A program made the position numbers and the translations under genes. Source: Azolla caroliniana (Eukaryota; Plantae; Polypodiophyta). Taken from it: 64,000 nucleotides of DNA. The stretch spans positions 10,292,001 through 10,356,000 of the forward strand of contig JBHGNT010000004.1 of the NCBI GenBank assembly GCA_043228905.1, read 5' to 3'. This document shows, piece by piece, positions 50,283-63,500 of this stretch; the first letter of the stretch is position 1; every line of letters starts with the position of its first letter. A model generated the notes under the pieces. It saw nothing but the letters and a program-made list of their open reading frames with translations, made no database searches and was not told the DNA's origin.

Positions 50283-52618
50283 TAGCCCCGGCCACCAGTA
50301 CTTCTCCTTCAGCTTCTCGAACGTGGCCCACGTTCCGCCCGGCGCCCAAGGACTCTCGTGAAATGCCACCATTATTTCCTCCTGTTCTTCTTTCTTTGCC
50401 ACTACTCGGAGCGGGGTGCCGTTTCTTTTCTTTGGGTGCCTCCATATGCACCCGTCCCGTAGGAAGAATCGGTACGCCTTCTTCAGTACCCGGCTCGCCT
50501 CTTCTCTCGTCCACGCTGCGTCCGGCATCATCGCCCGTAGGAACCTCCCGATTATGAGCCACTCCCCATTGTACCTGCTTTCGTCAAAATCGTTAAGCGC
50601 CGGAGTGTCCCCTTTCCTCATCGTCACATTAGCCGACCCGAAGAAGTCCTCGCCGACTTCTTTGTCATCCGAAACCATGTCGTCTTCGTCGTTGAACCTT
50701 GCTCTCGAAAGCATGTCGGCCATGGCGTTATCCTTTCCAGAGATGTGTCGTATATCCGGGTTCAGGGACTTAATGTACGCTATCCACCGGAGCATTGCTA
50801 GATCCGGCGTCGCGCATCCGGAAACCATGCCAAGTATCGGCAGGCAGTCCGTCTCGATTGTTACCTCCATCCCGATCAGGTAGTCCCAGTCGGCCTTGAC
50901 TGCTAAAACGATACCCCATAGTTCGCGCTTGACTTGGGTGTATCCTCGTTGTCGCTCGCTCAATACCTTCGCCCCGAACCGGATCGGGAACCGTGCGTCA
51001 TCCTCGTCCTCCTGGTAGATCACCCACCCGATCCCAGTCGGGCTCGTGTCCACCGTTACGTAGATGGGGACCCCCTTTCCGTAAACCGCTTTACGGAGAG
51101 CTGGTGCTATCGTAAGCGCCTCCTTTAGTCTCCGGACCGACTCCATGTGCTCCGTCCTCCACTCAAAGCTACGCCCTTTTTTCAATAGTCCGTAGAGGGG
51201 TTCCACGGCATGCGCGTAGTGCGGGATCCATATGTGCTAGAACGTGCATGCTCCCAAGAATCTGCAGACCTCCGTGACCAACCCGCAATCGTTCCTCATC
51301 GCGGAGATGGCCTCTACCTTTGCTGTAGACGGTTTCCTACCGTAAGGCCCGCACAGGTGTCCAACCACCAAGATCTCTGACTGCCCGAACGCCGATTTTT
51401 CTCCGGAGAAGGTGAGTCGTGCGTTTTCGAGCCTCTGCAGCACCTTCTCGCAGTCGTCGATGTCGTTCACGACGAACCTCCGGCATCCATCCGGCCCGAC
51501 AGTCTCGTCCGCATCATCCACCGGACACCCCTTTATCGGGATGTCGTCCAAGAATCGCATGGTGATGTCCGGGATGTAGTCCCTCAATACCTTGTTCATT
51601 GCGTTCACCATATGCGCCACTGAATTCGTCCCGCCTTGTGGTAGGCTACACATCCGTACTAGGTCGAGAGGGGTTCGCATCGTCGTGATATCCCTGCTCT
51701 CCATGGCTAGCTGGAACTGGTTGTACCCCGAGTATAAGTCACCAACCGAATAGATCGATCTTCCAGCGAACTCGTCTATGGTCGGTCCGATTCCTGCATT
51801 ACGGATGGTCACCTTGTTGACCGGTTGCAGGTCCTAAATGAAGCGTAGCGTGCCGTTCTTCTTCGGCACTGTAAACCACTGATTCGAATACGGGGCGCTC
51901 GACAGTTCGAGGATGCCCATCTCCACCTTTTGCTTCAGAAGCTCCATCAACTTCGGGATGTCAGCTCTCGGCACCGGAATCGGTTTGAGATTCCACGGTA
52001 CATGCGGTACCGTGAAGATCACCATCGGTTCGACGATCGTCGGGTCTACGCACCCGATCTCCCCCAGCGAGAACGCGAAGGCTTTCCTATGCCTTCCAAG
52101 CATTCTCCAAAACCTGTTCTCCTCTGCCGGTAGTAGAAAGCCACCCCCACCAACCTTGAGCTCCCGTAACGTTATGTCGGTGAACCGGTGCCCTATGCCA
52201 GCCGGGTTCCGTAAACTTGGGTTCGACGCGACCCCTTTTATCCGCTCCTCGCTACCCTCTGGCAAGGGTGCCGCGACCGGCCTCACCTTCCGGTCCACAG
52301 TCTTGTACTTTGTACCTATGCGGGCCGTCCGATCCGACCTGATCCTTTCCCCGAAGTCCTCGATGACTTCGTACATTCCCATCTAACTTACCGGAACGGT
52401 CCGGTCTTCTCTAAGGTCTTCACCGATCACCTTTCACAACTCGCCCAATGTGTTTTCAAAAGAGACCGCCTCCACTGCGCCGCTGATCTCTTCGTCGGGG
52501 GAAAGGACTCTGCATCTCCTGAGCCGCTCCTCCGCTCGCTTCCTTTCCCGGCCGTTGACGCCGGCTATAGTACAACCTCCATTTTCGGAGAACCAAAACT
52601 TCCTACCTATTGTACATA

Positions 52619-52685
52619 TGTGAGGTTCTTCCGGTACGTCCGGACTACCACGGCCCCACACCTTGATAGCCCTCTCTAAAAATCC
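52619..52685 (-). promoter_or_regulatory. Predicted -1 ribosomal frameshift cassette of K (G GAU UUU + pseudoknot)
   Basis: GGATTTT-TAGAGA-GGGCTATC...GGTAGTCC stem; loop TGTGGGG can pair with downstream CCTCACA. Confidence 0.65.
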
Positions 52686-53564
52686 CCTCAGTTATCGCCG
52701 CCGAGGGTTTCGCAATTCCACTCATGGTTCGGATGTATGGTCATGAATTGGACGGAATGCCGTCCGTCTTGGCTCTTGATGCACACATACGCCGAACCGT
52801 TGTCCAACACCTTCGTCTCCATGCGTGCTGCCGTAATGTATGGTTCGCCGAGAATCACCGGGTGTGAGGATGTTTCCTGCACGAAGAAATGTTGATCTAT
52901 CTCGACGTCACTGACCTTCACGCGTATATTCGGGCACGCACCATGCAGCTCCTCCGTAGCACATGTCGTCGCACGTATCTTCCACCCATGCTTGGTGTTG
53001 ATCGGCCATTTACCCTTCTTGTAAAAATCCATGGACATCAGGTTGATTTCGGATCCATGGTCTACCAAGGCCACCACCGGTTCCGGAACGTCGCTGATCT
53101 GCACAGGGGTTTCCGTAGTTGCCCTGGCCCAATGCGGCTTCGCGTAGTGGCTTTCCGCCAACTCGTCTTCTAGGGCCACGTCTTCTAAGTGCGTAGCCCG
53201 CACCTCCACCGGCTTCTCCGGTTCTGGCTCCGTCGAGAGCCTCTTCCGCTTCACCAGGGCTACGATAGAGTCATGGAACTCCCTCTTGGCGATTCCCAGC
53301 ACCTCCCACAACGACAGCTCCACTTTATTGTCGAGGATCCGCTCTTCAAGGACCTTCCGTAGGTCCATTGCTCTCTCGATTTTGTGCTCAACCGAAACCC
53401 CGCCTGCTTCTTTCTGTCCGGCGCGCCTAGGTTGCCGGCACCGGTCGGTTTCGGTCCGAACCGTGTCTCGTACCTCTGCGGGGGACCGACCCCCCGGCCT
53501 TTCCTACCCGTTTGTCTTCCACCAGAACCTCGTAGTTCTAGCAAGCGGCTTCTACGAAGCCTGT

Positions 53565-56500
53565 TGTCGCGTTGTTACGCGCGTACGTGTAGAAAGGGGC
53601 GGGACCACGGGGGTCTTGGACCGAGGAGCGAGAGAGAGAGAGACAGAGAGACAGATTCACAGAGATTCACTTCTTCGATCAGGAACCAGCATACCGCCGC
53701 GGTTGTCTTGCTTTGCAGTGCACGGCCTTCCACCTGGTTCGTTAAGTCTTCCCGTGCAAGCACCAGGTATCGCATCTATCCTACCCCCATCGGCATCGTC
53801 ACCAAGTCCACCATCCACTTGAAATGGACAGTAGGCGGCTAGGTCAGGTGTAGCTCATCCCGGTGTCGGACTACGGAGTGCACCTGACAACTTTCGCAAG
53901 TCGTTACGAACCGATGCACGTCCTGGTACAGCCCCGGCCACCAGTACTTCTCCTTCAGCTTCTCGACCGTGGCCCACGTTCCACAGTGTCCGGCCCATGG
54001 GCTCTCGTGGAATGCCGCCAATAGCTTCCCCTGTTCTTCTTTCTTTGCCACTACTCGGAGTGGGATGCCACTTCTCTTCTTTGGGTGCCTCCATATGCAC
54101 CCGTCCCGCAGGAAGAATCGGTACGCCTTCCTCAATATTCGGCTCGCCTCCTCTCTCACCCATGCTACGTCCGGCGTCATCGTCCGTAGGAACCTCCCGA
54201 TTTGGAACCACTCCCCGTCATACCTGCTTTCGTCAAATTCGTTAAGCGCCGGAGTGTTCCCTTTCCTCGTCGTTACGTTGGCCGACCCGAAGAAGTCCTC
54301 GCCGACTTCTTCGTCATCCGAAACCATGCCGTCTTCGTTGTTGAACCTTGCCCTCGAAAGCATGTCGGCCATGGCGTTGTCCTTTCCGGAGATGTGCCGT
54401 ATCTCTGGGTTCAGGGACTTAATGTACGCTATCCACCAGAGCATTGCTAGGTACGGTGTCGCGCATCTGGAAACCATGCCGAGTATCGGTAGGCAGTCCG
54501 TATCGATAATCACCTCCGTCCTGATCAGATAATCCTTGTCGGCCTTGACTGCCGAAACGACACCCCAAAGTTCGCTCTTAACTTGGGCGTACCCTCCCTA
54601 CCGCTCGCTCAATACCTTCGCCCCGAACCGGATCGGGAATCGTACGCCGCCCTTGTCCTCCTGCCTGATTACCCACCCGATCCTGGTCGGGCTGGTGTCC
54701 ACCGTTACGCAGATGGGAACATCCTTGCCGTAAACCACTTTATGGAGAGCCGGCGCTGCCGTAAGCGCCTCCTTTAGTCTCCGAACCGACTCCGTGTGCT
54801 CCGTCCTCCACTGAAAGCTACGCCCCTTTTTCAATAGTCCATAGAGGGGTTCCGCGACATATGCGTAGTGCGGGATCCAGATGTGGTAGAACGCGCATGC
54901 CCCCAAGAATGTGCGGACCTCCGTGACCGACCAGCAATCGTTCCTCATCGCGGAGATGGCCTCTACCTTTGCCGGAGACGGTTTCCCTGCTTTACGGATG
55001 GTCACCTTGTTGACCGGTTGTAGGTCCTGGATGAAGCGCAGTGTGCCGTTCTTCTTCAGCATCGTAAACCACCGATTCGAATACGGGGCACTCGATGGTT
55101 CGAGGATGCCCATCTCCACCTTTTGCTTTAGGAGCTCCATCAACTTCGAGATATGAGCTCTTGGCACCGGAATCGGCTTGAGATTCCACGGTACATGCAG
55201 TACCGTGAAGATCACCATCTGTTCAACAATTGTCGGGTCCACGCACCCGATCTCCTCTGATGGAATGCGAAAGCCTTCCCGTGCCTCCCGAGCATTCTTC
55301 GAAACCGGTCCTCCTCCGCCGGCAGTAGGAAGCCGCCCCCACCGACCTTGAGCTCCCGTAGCGTTATGTCGGTGAACCGGTGCCCTATGTCGGCCAGATT
55401 CCGTAAACTTGGGTCCGACGCGACCCCTTTTATCCGCCCCTCGCTACCCTCCAGCAAGGGTGCCGCGACTGGCCTCACCTTCCGGTCCACCGTCTTGTAC
55501 TTTGTATCCACACGGGCCGTCCGATCCAACCCGATCCTTTCCCCGAAGTCCGCGATGACTTCGTACATTCCCATCGATCCTACCGGAACGGTCCGGTCTT
55601 CTCTAAGGTCTTCCCCGGTCACCTTTCGTAGTTCGCCCCAGGTGTTGTCAAAAGAGACCGCCTCCACGGCGCCGCTGATGTCTTCGTCGGGGAAGAGGAC
55701 TCTGCATCCCTTGAACCGCTCCTCCGCTCGCTTCCTCTCCCAGCCGCTGACGCCGGTTATAGTACAATCTCCGTTGTCGGAGAACCAAAACTTCCTACCC
55801 ATGGTACAAGTCTTCTTCCGTACTGTACATTTGTGGGGTTGTTCCCGGGTGTCTGGACTATCGCGGCCCCACTCCTTGATAGCCCTCTCTAAAAATCCCC
55901 TCGGGTTTCGCTGCCGAGGGCCTCGCAGTTACGCTCGTGGTTTGGTCGCACCGTTAGGAACTGGACCGAGTGACGCCCGTCCTGGCTCTTGACTCTTGCA
56001 TAGGCTGAACCGTTGTCCAGCACCTTGGTCTCCATCCGTGCTGCCGTGATATATGGCTCTCCTAGTATAACCGGATGCGAGGACGTCTTCCAGCCATGCT
56101 TGATGTTGATCGGCCATTTACCCTTCTTGTAGAAATCCATGGACATCAGGTTGATTTCGGATCCATGGTCTACCAACGCCACCACCAGTTCTAGAACGTT
56201 GCCGATCCATACAGGGGTTTCCGTAGTCGCCCTGGCCCAATGCGGCTTCGTGTAGTGGCTTCCGGCCAGCTCATCCTCCAGGGCTCCGTCTTCCAGGTGC
56301 GTGGTCCGCACTTCCACCGGCTTCTCCGGTTCCAGCTCCTTCGAGAGCCTCTTCCGCTTCACCAAGTCTACGAGAGAGTCGTGGAACTCCCTCTTGGCGT
56401 TTCCCAGCACCTCCCGCAACGACAGCTCCACTTTACTGTCGAGGATTCGCTCTTCAAGGACCTTCCGTAGGTCCGTTGCTCTCTTGATTTCGGTGCTCAA

Positions 56501-58577
56501 CCGAAACCCCGCCTGCTTCTTCCCATCCGACACGCCTGGGTTGCCGGCACCGGTCGGTTTCGGTCTGAACCAGGTCTCATACCTCAGGGGGCCAACCCCT
56601 CCGGCCTTTCCTGCCCGTTTGTCCTCCACCAGAACCTCGTAGTTCTGGCAAGCAGCTTCTACGAAGCCCGTTTTCTCTTCGACCGGATCGTCCCAACCAG
56701 TGACCTCCTAGACCCGTTGTTCCGCGCGGTCCGCCTCTTCCTTCCTCAGCCGAACTCCGGAGAGGCCTTCTAGCACTAGCGGCCAGAATCCGGAGTCCTT
56801 CGCCTTCCGGGTCTCATCACCCCCGACCCGAATTCCCGCCGACACTGAGTAGTTAACGGCTTCGACGTGCCGTGCCGCGGCCTCTTCCATCAACCTCTTC
56901 ATTCCGCCGTGCCCCGTATTCAGTTCCAAGGCTCTCCGCGTCTCGCTCGCGTGCACCCGCCCGTTCCAGAGGTACACCACGTTGGTCCTGAGCGCGTCGG
57001 CGAAATTTGCGCAATCCTTCCGAATGTGACCGATCGCGTCACACCACATGCATCGCTGCCCAGCCGGCGGCCTCCAGTCGCGAGGTTGTTCACCGTTGTC
57101 TCTTCGGGCCTGTGTGATCTGCAGGTCGCGTACCATCTGTGTTAGCTCCTCCAAAGCCGCTCCTCCGGATGGGCCTCTGACCACGTCGTTTGATGCCGAC
57201 CCCGACTTCGGCCAGATTCGGGTCTCTTCCTTCCTCCCAGCTGGCACCGAAACCGGCTCCTCGAGCCTCCTCCCCGGGACCGGCCCCGACCCCGACGTGC
57301 TTTCGTTGCTCCAATCGCGCCATTTGTGGAAATGGCTGCAGACCTGTTTTACCACGGCCCAGCTCGTCGTGAGCCCTTTGTCTGTTTCCAATAGGGGACC
57401 CACCTTTTCCCTGTCGCGCGCATCCACCGACTTCACAAACAGCAGTACTCGACTTGTTTCAACCACCGTCCGGTCCAGCGTCGACAGCAGCGCGAACCGT
57501 TTTTCGAACTCCTGGAGGAGCACCGACATGTTCCTCCCTTTTCCGGGGCTTTCCACCCACGCCATGAAGTCCCGCCTCGACAGCCGAAGCGAGTCGTTAA
57601 ACCCGTACTTCTCAAGGAGCTGCAACTCGAACTCCTCCCAAGTCTGGCATCCGGCTAGCACCTCGAGCACCTCCGCATGGATGCCCGGCGTCACCACCCG
57701 AGGGAATCCGAACAGCCGCCTGTCCACCGGGATATCCCTCATGATCCTTTCGGCCCGGTAAGCCTCCAAATAACTTGTGGCGTCTTTCCCTCCGAAACGG
57801 CCTATAGAGCCAACGATCGATTCAATGGCTCTATCAAGGGTACCCGTTCCCTCACGAGCGCTCACCAGCCAGTCGAAGGCCACCGCCATTGCCTCCGCTA
57901 GCTCCGATCCTCTCATCTTTCAACTCCTTTGCCGCCCTTTCACGTCGGGTTCACCAAATATGTCGTGTTGTTACCCGCATACGTGTAGAAAGGGGCGGGA
58001 CCACGGGGGTCTTGTACCAAGGAGCGAGAGAGACAGAGACAGAGATAGAGATTCACAGACATGTAGAAGCGAGAAGGAGAGATATAGAATGTAACACTTA
58101 ATTACAACGACAAGAGATTACAAACTCCGACGGTTACAACCGACAAGGCGACGACGGACCCGACACGGGGACCCTACTCACACACACCGACAACAGTCAC
58201 ACTACTCCAAGAAACAAAAGGGGAAAGAGGAGAGACTCTACTGGAAGCACATGGGCTGTCCTCGAAGCAGAGGTAGCGAACTCCCGACACCCGCAGAAGA
58301 CGCCGGCCAGCCGAGAAGAGAGAGACCTCGCGCCCAGATCTGCAGCAGCATCCCCTTCCTCCCTCGTGCGCAATACCCCCTTTCTCTTGTCCTCGTCCCT
58401 TTATTCCCTGTCCCTCTTACCGGGATACGCACAATCCCCCCCCTAATAAATGTGTGCGGCTCAGTATTTATCTCCACTTGTTCGTGTACAAAATACCAAG
58501 TCACGCGTCCATCCGTGTAAGGGCCGGTTTATGCGCTTTCTCTCTGATTCCGCCTATGGCCGGTTTTCTTCACGACA
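53565..58577 (-). mobile_element. Ty3/gypsy element M (K family) nested in the gag of K, internally deleted
   Basis: 5' LTR 57961-58577; Trp PBS 57939-57956; 3' LTR truncated at 53565-~53670. TSD CTGT/CCGT at 53561-53564 and 58578-58581. gag-PR 55889-57916 in one frame with one premature stop; RT core deleted at ~54985; IN truncated. Confidence 0.9.
55833..55898 (-). promoter_or_regulatory. Predicted -1 ribosomal frameshift cassette of M
   Basis: GGATTTT (55898-55892) immediately before the TAG; stem GGGCTATC/GATAGTCC; GTGGGG/CCCCAC. The -1 frame is open into ORF 55212-55802. Confidence 0.7.
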
Positions 58578-59917
58578 CCGTTTTCTCTTCAACTGGATCG
58601 TCCCATCCGGTGACCTCCTGAACCCTTTGTTCCGCGCGGTCTGCCTCTTCCTTCTTCAGCCGAACTCCGAAGAGGCCTTCTAGCACTAGTGGCCAGAATC
58701 CGGAGTCCTTCACCTTCCGGATCTCATCACCCCCGACCCGAATTCCCGTCGACACTGAGTAGTTAACGGCTTCTACCTGTCGTGCCGCGGCCTCTTCCAT
58801 CAACCTCTTCATTCCGCCGCGCCTCATATTTAGTTCTAGGGCTCTCCGGGTCTCGCTCGCGTGCACCCACCCGTTCCAGAGGTACACCACATTGGTCCTG
58901 AGCGCGTCGGTGAAATCCGCGTAATCCTTCCGAATGTGACCGATCGCGTAACACCACATGCACCGCTACCCAGCCGGCGGTCTCCGGTCGCGAGGTTGTT
59001 CGCCGTTGTCTCTCCGTGCCTCTGCGAACTGCAGGTCGCGCACCATCTGTGTCAGCTCCTCCAGAGCCGCTCCTCCGGATGGGCCTCTGACCACGTCGTT
59101 CAATGCCAACCCCGACTCCAACCAAATTCGGGTCTCTTCCTTCCTACCAGTCGGCACCGACACCGGCTCCTCGAGCCTCCTCGCCGGGATCGGCCCTGAC
59201 CCCGACAAGCTTTCGTCGCTCCCATCGCGTGGTTTGTCGAAACGGTTGCAGACCCATTTTACTATAGCCCAGTCTGTCGTGAGCCCTTCGTCCGTTTCCA
59301 ATAGGGGACGCACCCTTTCCCTGTCGAGCGCATCCACCGACTTAACAAATAGTAGTACTCGACTTGTTTTGAGCACCGTCCGGTCCAGCGTCGACAGCCG
59401 CGCGAACCGTTTTTCGAACTCCTGGAGGAGCACCAACGTGTTCCTCCCTTTTCCGGGGCTTTCCACCCACGACAGCCGAAGCGAGTCGTCAAACCCGTAC
59501 TTCTCGAGGAGCTGCAGCTCGAACTCCCCCCAAGTTTGGCATCCGGCCAGCACCTCGAGCACCTCCACGTGGATGCTTGGCGTCACCACCCGAGGGAATC
59601 CGGACAGCCGCCTGTCCACCGGGATATCCCTCATGATCATTTCAGCCCGGTAAGCCTCCAAATAACTTGTGGTGTCTTTCCCTCCGAACCGGCCTATAGT
59701 GCCGACGTTCGATTCAATGGCTCTGTCGAGGGTACTCGTCCCCTCACAAGCGCTTACCAGCTGGTCGACGGCTACCGCCATTGCCTCTGCTAGCTCTGAT
59801 CCCCTCATCTTTCGACTCCTTTGCCACCTCTTCACGTCGGGTTCACCAAAGATGTCATGTTGTTACGCGCATGCGTCTGGAAAGAGGCGGGACCACGAGG
59901 GCCTTGAACCGAGGAGC

Positions 59918-59965
<48 letters not shown>

Positions 59966-60556
59966 AAGAGAGGTCTTGCAGATACGCAATAGGGAGAAGG
60001 AAAGAGAAACAAATGGCACACTTAATTACAGTGACAGTCAATTACAATATCCAAAGATTGCAAACTCTGACGATTACAACCGGCAAGGTGGCGATGGACC
60101 CGACACAGGGATCCTACTGACGCACACAGACAGAACACACTCGACTCAAAGAAACAAAAAAAGGGGAGAGCCTCTGCTGGAAGCGCACGGGCTGTCCACG
60201 AAGCAGAGGCAGCGAACTCCCGACCCCACAGAGACCGACGATCGGAGGAGAAGAGAGAGCTCGACACTCAGTTCTGTAGCAGCACTTCGTCCTCGCCAAC
60301 ACGCGATCCCCTGTTTCTTCATCCTCTCCCTCCTTAAATAGTTCCCCGAAAGGGGGTGCCCCTTTTCTCCCTAGTCAAACCGCTTTATTCCCTGTCCCTT
60401 TCGACAGAGATACGCACAATCCCCTATTAAATGTATACTACCTAGTATTTACATCAGCCGACCCAAATATCAATTCACGCGTCCATCCGTGTAAGATCCA
60501 GTTCATGCGCCTCTTTCTCTGATTCCGCTTATGGACGGTTTTCTTCACGACAACGT

Positions 60557-63500
60557 CCTGACAATCACGAAGAATCTGGTGTCGGTTAGGCAGATCGTCG
60601 ACCAGGGGATGCAGGTTCGGTTTACGCACCTTGGGTGCTTCATTGAGGAAGAAGGTCGTGTTATTGCGCAAGGGCGCAGAGATGGGAGGATGTTCATCCT
60701 CGATTCTATTGACGGTGGCACCGCAATGTTCGCAAAGGGACAAAAATTCGAGTCGGATATCGACTTATGGCACAAACGGATAGGCCACGTCAACTACCAG
60801 TGGCTTCAGGGCCTGCAATCGAAACATATGGTGTTCGGATTGCCCAAATTTAGTGGCCGGAAGGCACAAATTTTTGAAGCCTGCTAGCTTGGGAAGCAAC
60901 ACCGACTTCCCTTCCCCAACGAGCGTAACCGGAGCTGGAACAAGCTCAACTTGATACACTCCGATGTGTGGGGGCTGGCACAAAATGTTAGTCTTGGCGG
61001 GAGCCGATATTTCGTCTCCTTCATCGACGACTACACGCGGCACACGTAGATCTACCTCATTGAGAGGAAGAGCGAAGTCTTCGACAGTTCCTGGGACCTC
61101 AAAGGGTTTAGGGATGAAGAGCGGAAAAGAATACTTTTCCGGTCAATTCAACAGTTATCTGCAACATATGGGAATTCGGCGCGAATTCAGTTGTAGATAC
61201 ACGGCGGAGCAAAACAACATGGCCGAGAGGAAAATTCAGTCGGTTGTGGAAGCGGCGTAGGCAATGCTAGAAGAAAAGCGCTTGCCCAAGTTCTATTGGG
61301 GCAAGCAGTACGAACCGCGGTATACATCCAAAACCGGATCAGAGACAAAGTGTCGGCGCATGAGCTAAATTTCGGAACGAAGCCGAACTTGCGACACTTA
61401 CAAGTTTTCAGTAGCATTGCGTATGTGCATGTGTCGAAGGAGAAACAGAGGAAGTTGGACGCAAAGGCCGAGAAATGTATCTTGGTCGGTTACTCGGACG
61501 AGCAGAAGGGTTATAAGTGCTATAACCCGCGCACCAAACAAGCGCGCGTGAGCCGCGACGTTGTGTTTGACGAGTCCGCGTCCTGGTACTTGCCTCCGAC
61601 TACGGACCTCACCTCCAATCCGAGTTCTGACGATGAGGTCAGCGAGGCCGAGATGCCTCAGGATGAGCCTGAAATCAGGACCCGCGAAGTGAGTCCGATT
61701 TCGTTTCAGTTAAGTGGACCGAATGAACGACTGAGTCAGTTCGACCAGTCCAATGGCGAGCCGGCGAGTAGTGGAGACTCGGTCGTGCATTCCCCGCGCA
61801 GGAAGCCAAGGAGACGGCTTACACGTCAAGAAAAAGGGAAGAAGAAGGTGTCAGATTACAGCACGGATAGGAACAAGTCAGACCGACGCGAGTCCAACTC
61901 CGAGGGCAACGGTGACGGGTCTTCAAGAGCGAAGTCTGCGTCGGCCGATAACCAATTACGCCGATCTACCTGCCAGAAGAACCCAGTTGTGCAGTTCGGA
62001 TACAACGACGACATGGCGCATCATTATGCGTACATGACCCGTGTAGCGGAAGTGCGTGAACTGGAGAGCTACGCAAAAGCGGCTAAGGATGTGAATTGGC
62101 GCGCCACGATGGAGGAAAAGATGCACGCATTGGCGGAAAATGAGACCTGGGACCTGGTTGACACACCGAAGGGTGTGAAGCCGATCAGATGTAGGTGGGT
62201 GTACAAGGTCAAGTGCAACACTGACGGCTCAGTCAACCGATGCAAGGCCCGGTTAGTGGCAAAAGGCTATGCGCAGAAACATGGCATCGACTACGATGAG
62301 ACGTTTGTGCCGGTCGCGAAGATGACGACCGTCCGTGTTTTGCTCACGGTAGCTACGGCAAAGGAGTGGCACTTACATGAGATGGATGTAAAGAATGCGT
62401 TCCTACAAGGTGAGCTTGAGGAACAAGTGTACATGATACAGCCCCCCGGATTTCACTCCGGAACGAACACGTCGGTCGTGTGCCGATTGAAGAAGTTCCT
62501 TTACGGACTGAAGCAAGCCCCGCGTGCCTGGAACGCGAAGAACACGCAACAACTGCGTCGGATGGGTTTTGCAACGTCAAAATCGGACTCTTCCCTGTTT
62601 ATCCGAAAAGGTCAACTCGATCCGGTCAGCATTTTACTATATGTTGATGACTTGGTCATCACCGGCACTGACCTAGGTGAAATCGACCACGTGAAGCTCC
62701 AACTTGCGGCATCATTCGACATGAAGGATCTGGGGGACCTTCATTACTTCCTCGGGATCGAAGTGATCCGCACCCCCGAAGGCATACTGATCAGCCAACG
62801 TCATTACATGCTGAATATGCTCTTCAAATTCGGGATAGCAGACTGTAAGTCTGTCTCGACTCCTCTGGATAGAACCATCAAACTTCACCCCAAATCCAGA
62901 AAGGTATGCGACCCGACGAGGTTCCGACAAATTGTTGGAAGCCTTATCTACTTGACAGTCACCCGACCCGATCTCAGTTATCCGGTCGGGGTGATAAGTC
63001 AGTTCATGGCGCGACCTACCAAGGAGCACCTTCAGTGTGCGCAACGCATACTGCGGTACGTAAGTGGCACTAAGGACCAGGGACTGCTATATCGGACCGG
63101 TACAGACTCGCAGTTGGTCGGCTACACCGATGTTGATTGGGCTGGCAACGCCGCCGATCGTCGATCCACGTCCGGATACGCGTTCTCTCTTGGGAGTGTT
63201 GGGATAGCGTGGAGCAGTAAGAAGCAACCGACAGTTGCATTGTCGAGCACCGGAGCTGAGTATAGAGGAGTGGTTGTCGCGACATGCGAAGCCATATGGT
63301 TGAAGTGGCTACTTAAGGATCTGCAGGTAGAGGTGTCCGATCCAACGACTATCTACTGCAACAACCTCAGTAGCATCCAGCTCGCCAAGAACCCCATTTT
63401 CCACGCCCGGACTAAGCACATTGAGGTGCACTACCATATCGTCCGTGTGTGTGTTCTCTCCGGTGAAGTCGAACTTCAGTATGTTCCGACGGATCGGCAG

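Larger units (their letters stand above)
44243..53560 (-). pseudogene. pol: K protease-RT-RNase H-integrase (interrupted by L); gag lies at 58582-59808
   Basis: LVDHGSE (PR), LPQG..NS and FLDD (RT), VDTSP..ETDC (RH), VADRGE (IN), WFGPY (GPY/F module). No chromodomain. Confidence 0.88.
43481..60552 (-). mobile_element. tRNA-Trp-primed non-chromovirus Ty3/gypsy element K; host of L and M
   Basis: 3' LTR 43481-44173; 5' LTR 59853-60552. 4-bp TSD ACGT at 43477-43480 and 60553-60556. PBS: TTCACGTCGGGTTCACCA (59831-59848) equals the 3' 18 nt of plant cytosolic tRNA-Trp as I recall it. PPT rc at 44174-44185. Confidence 0.94.

Noticed and set aside
59831-59848. tRNA-Trp-like sequence (also 57939-57956, 7375-7392)
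   Set aside because: Only the 3' 18 nt including CCA are present, next to an LTR. This is a primer-binding site, not a tRNA gene.
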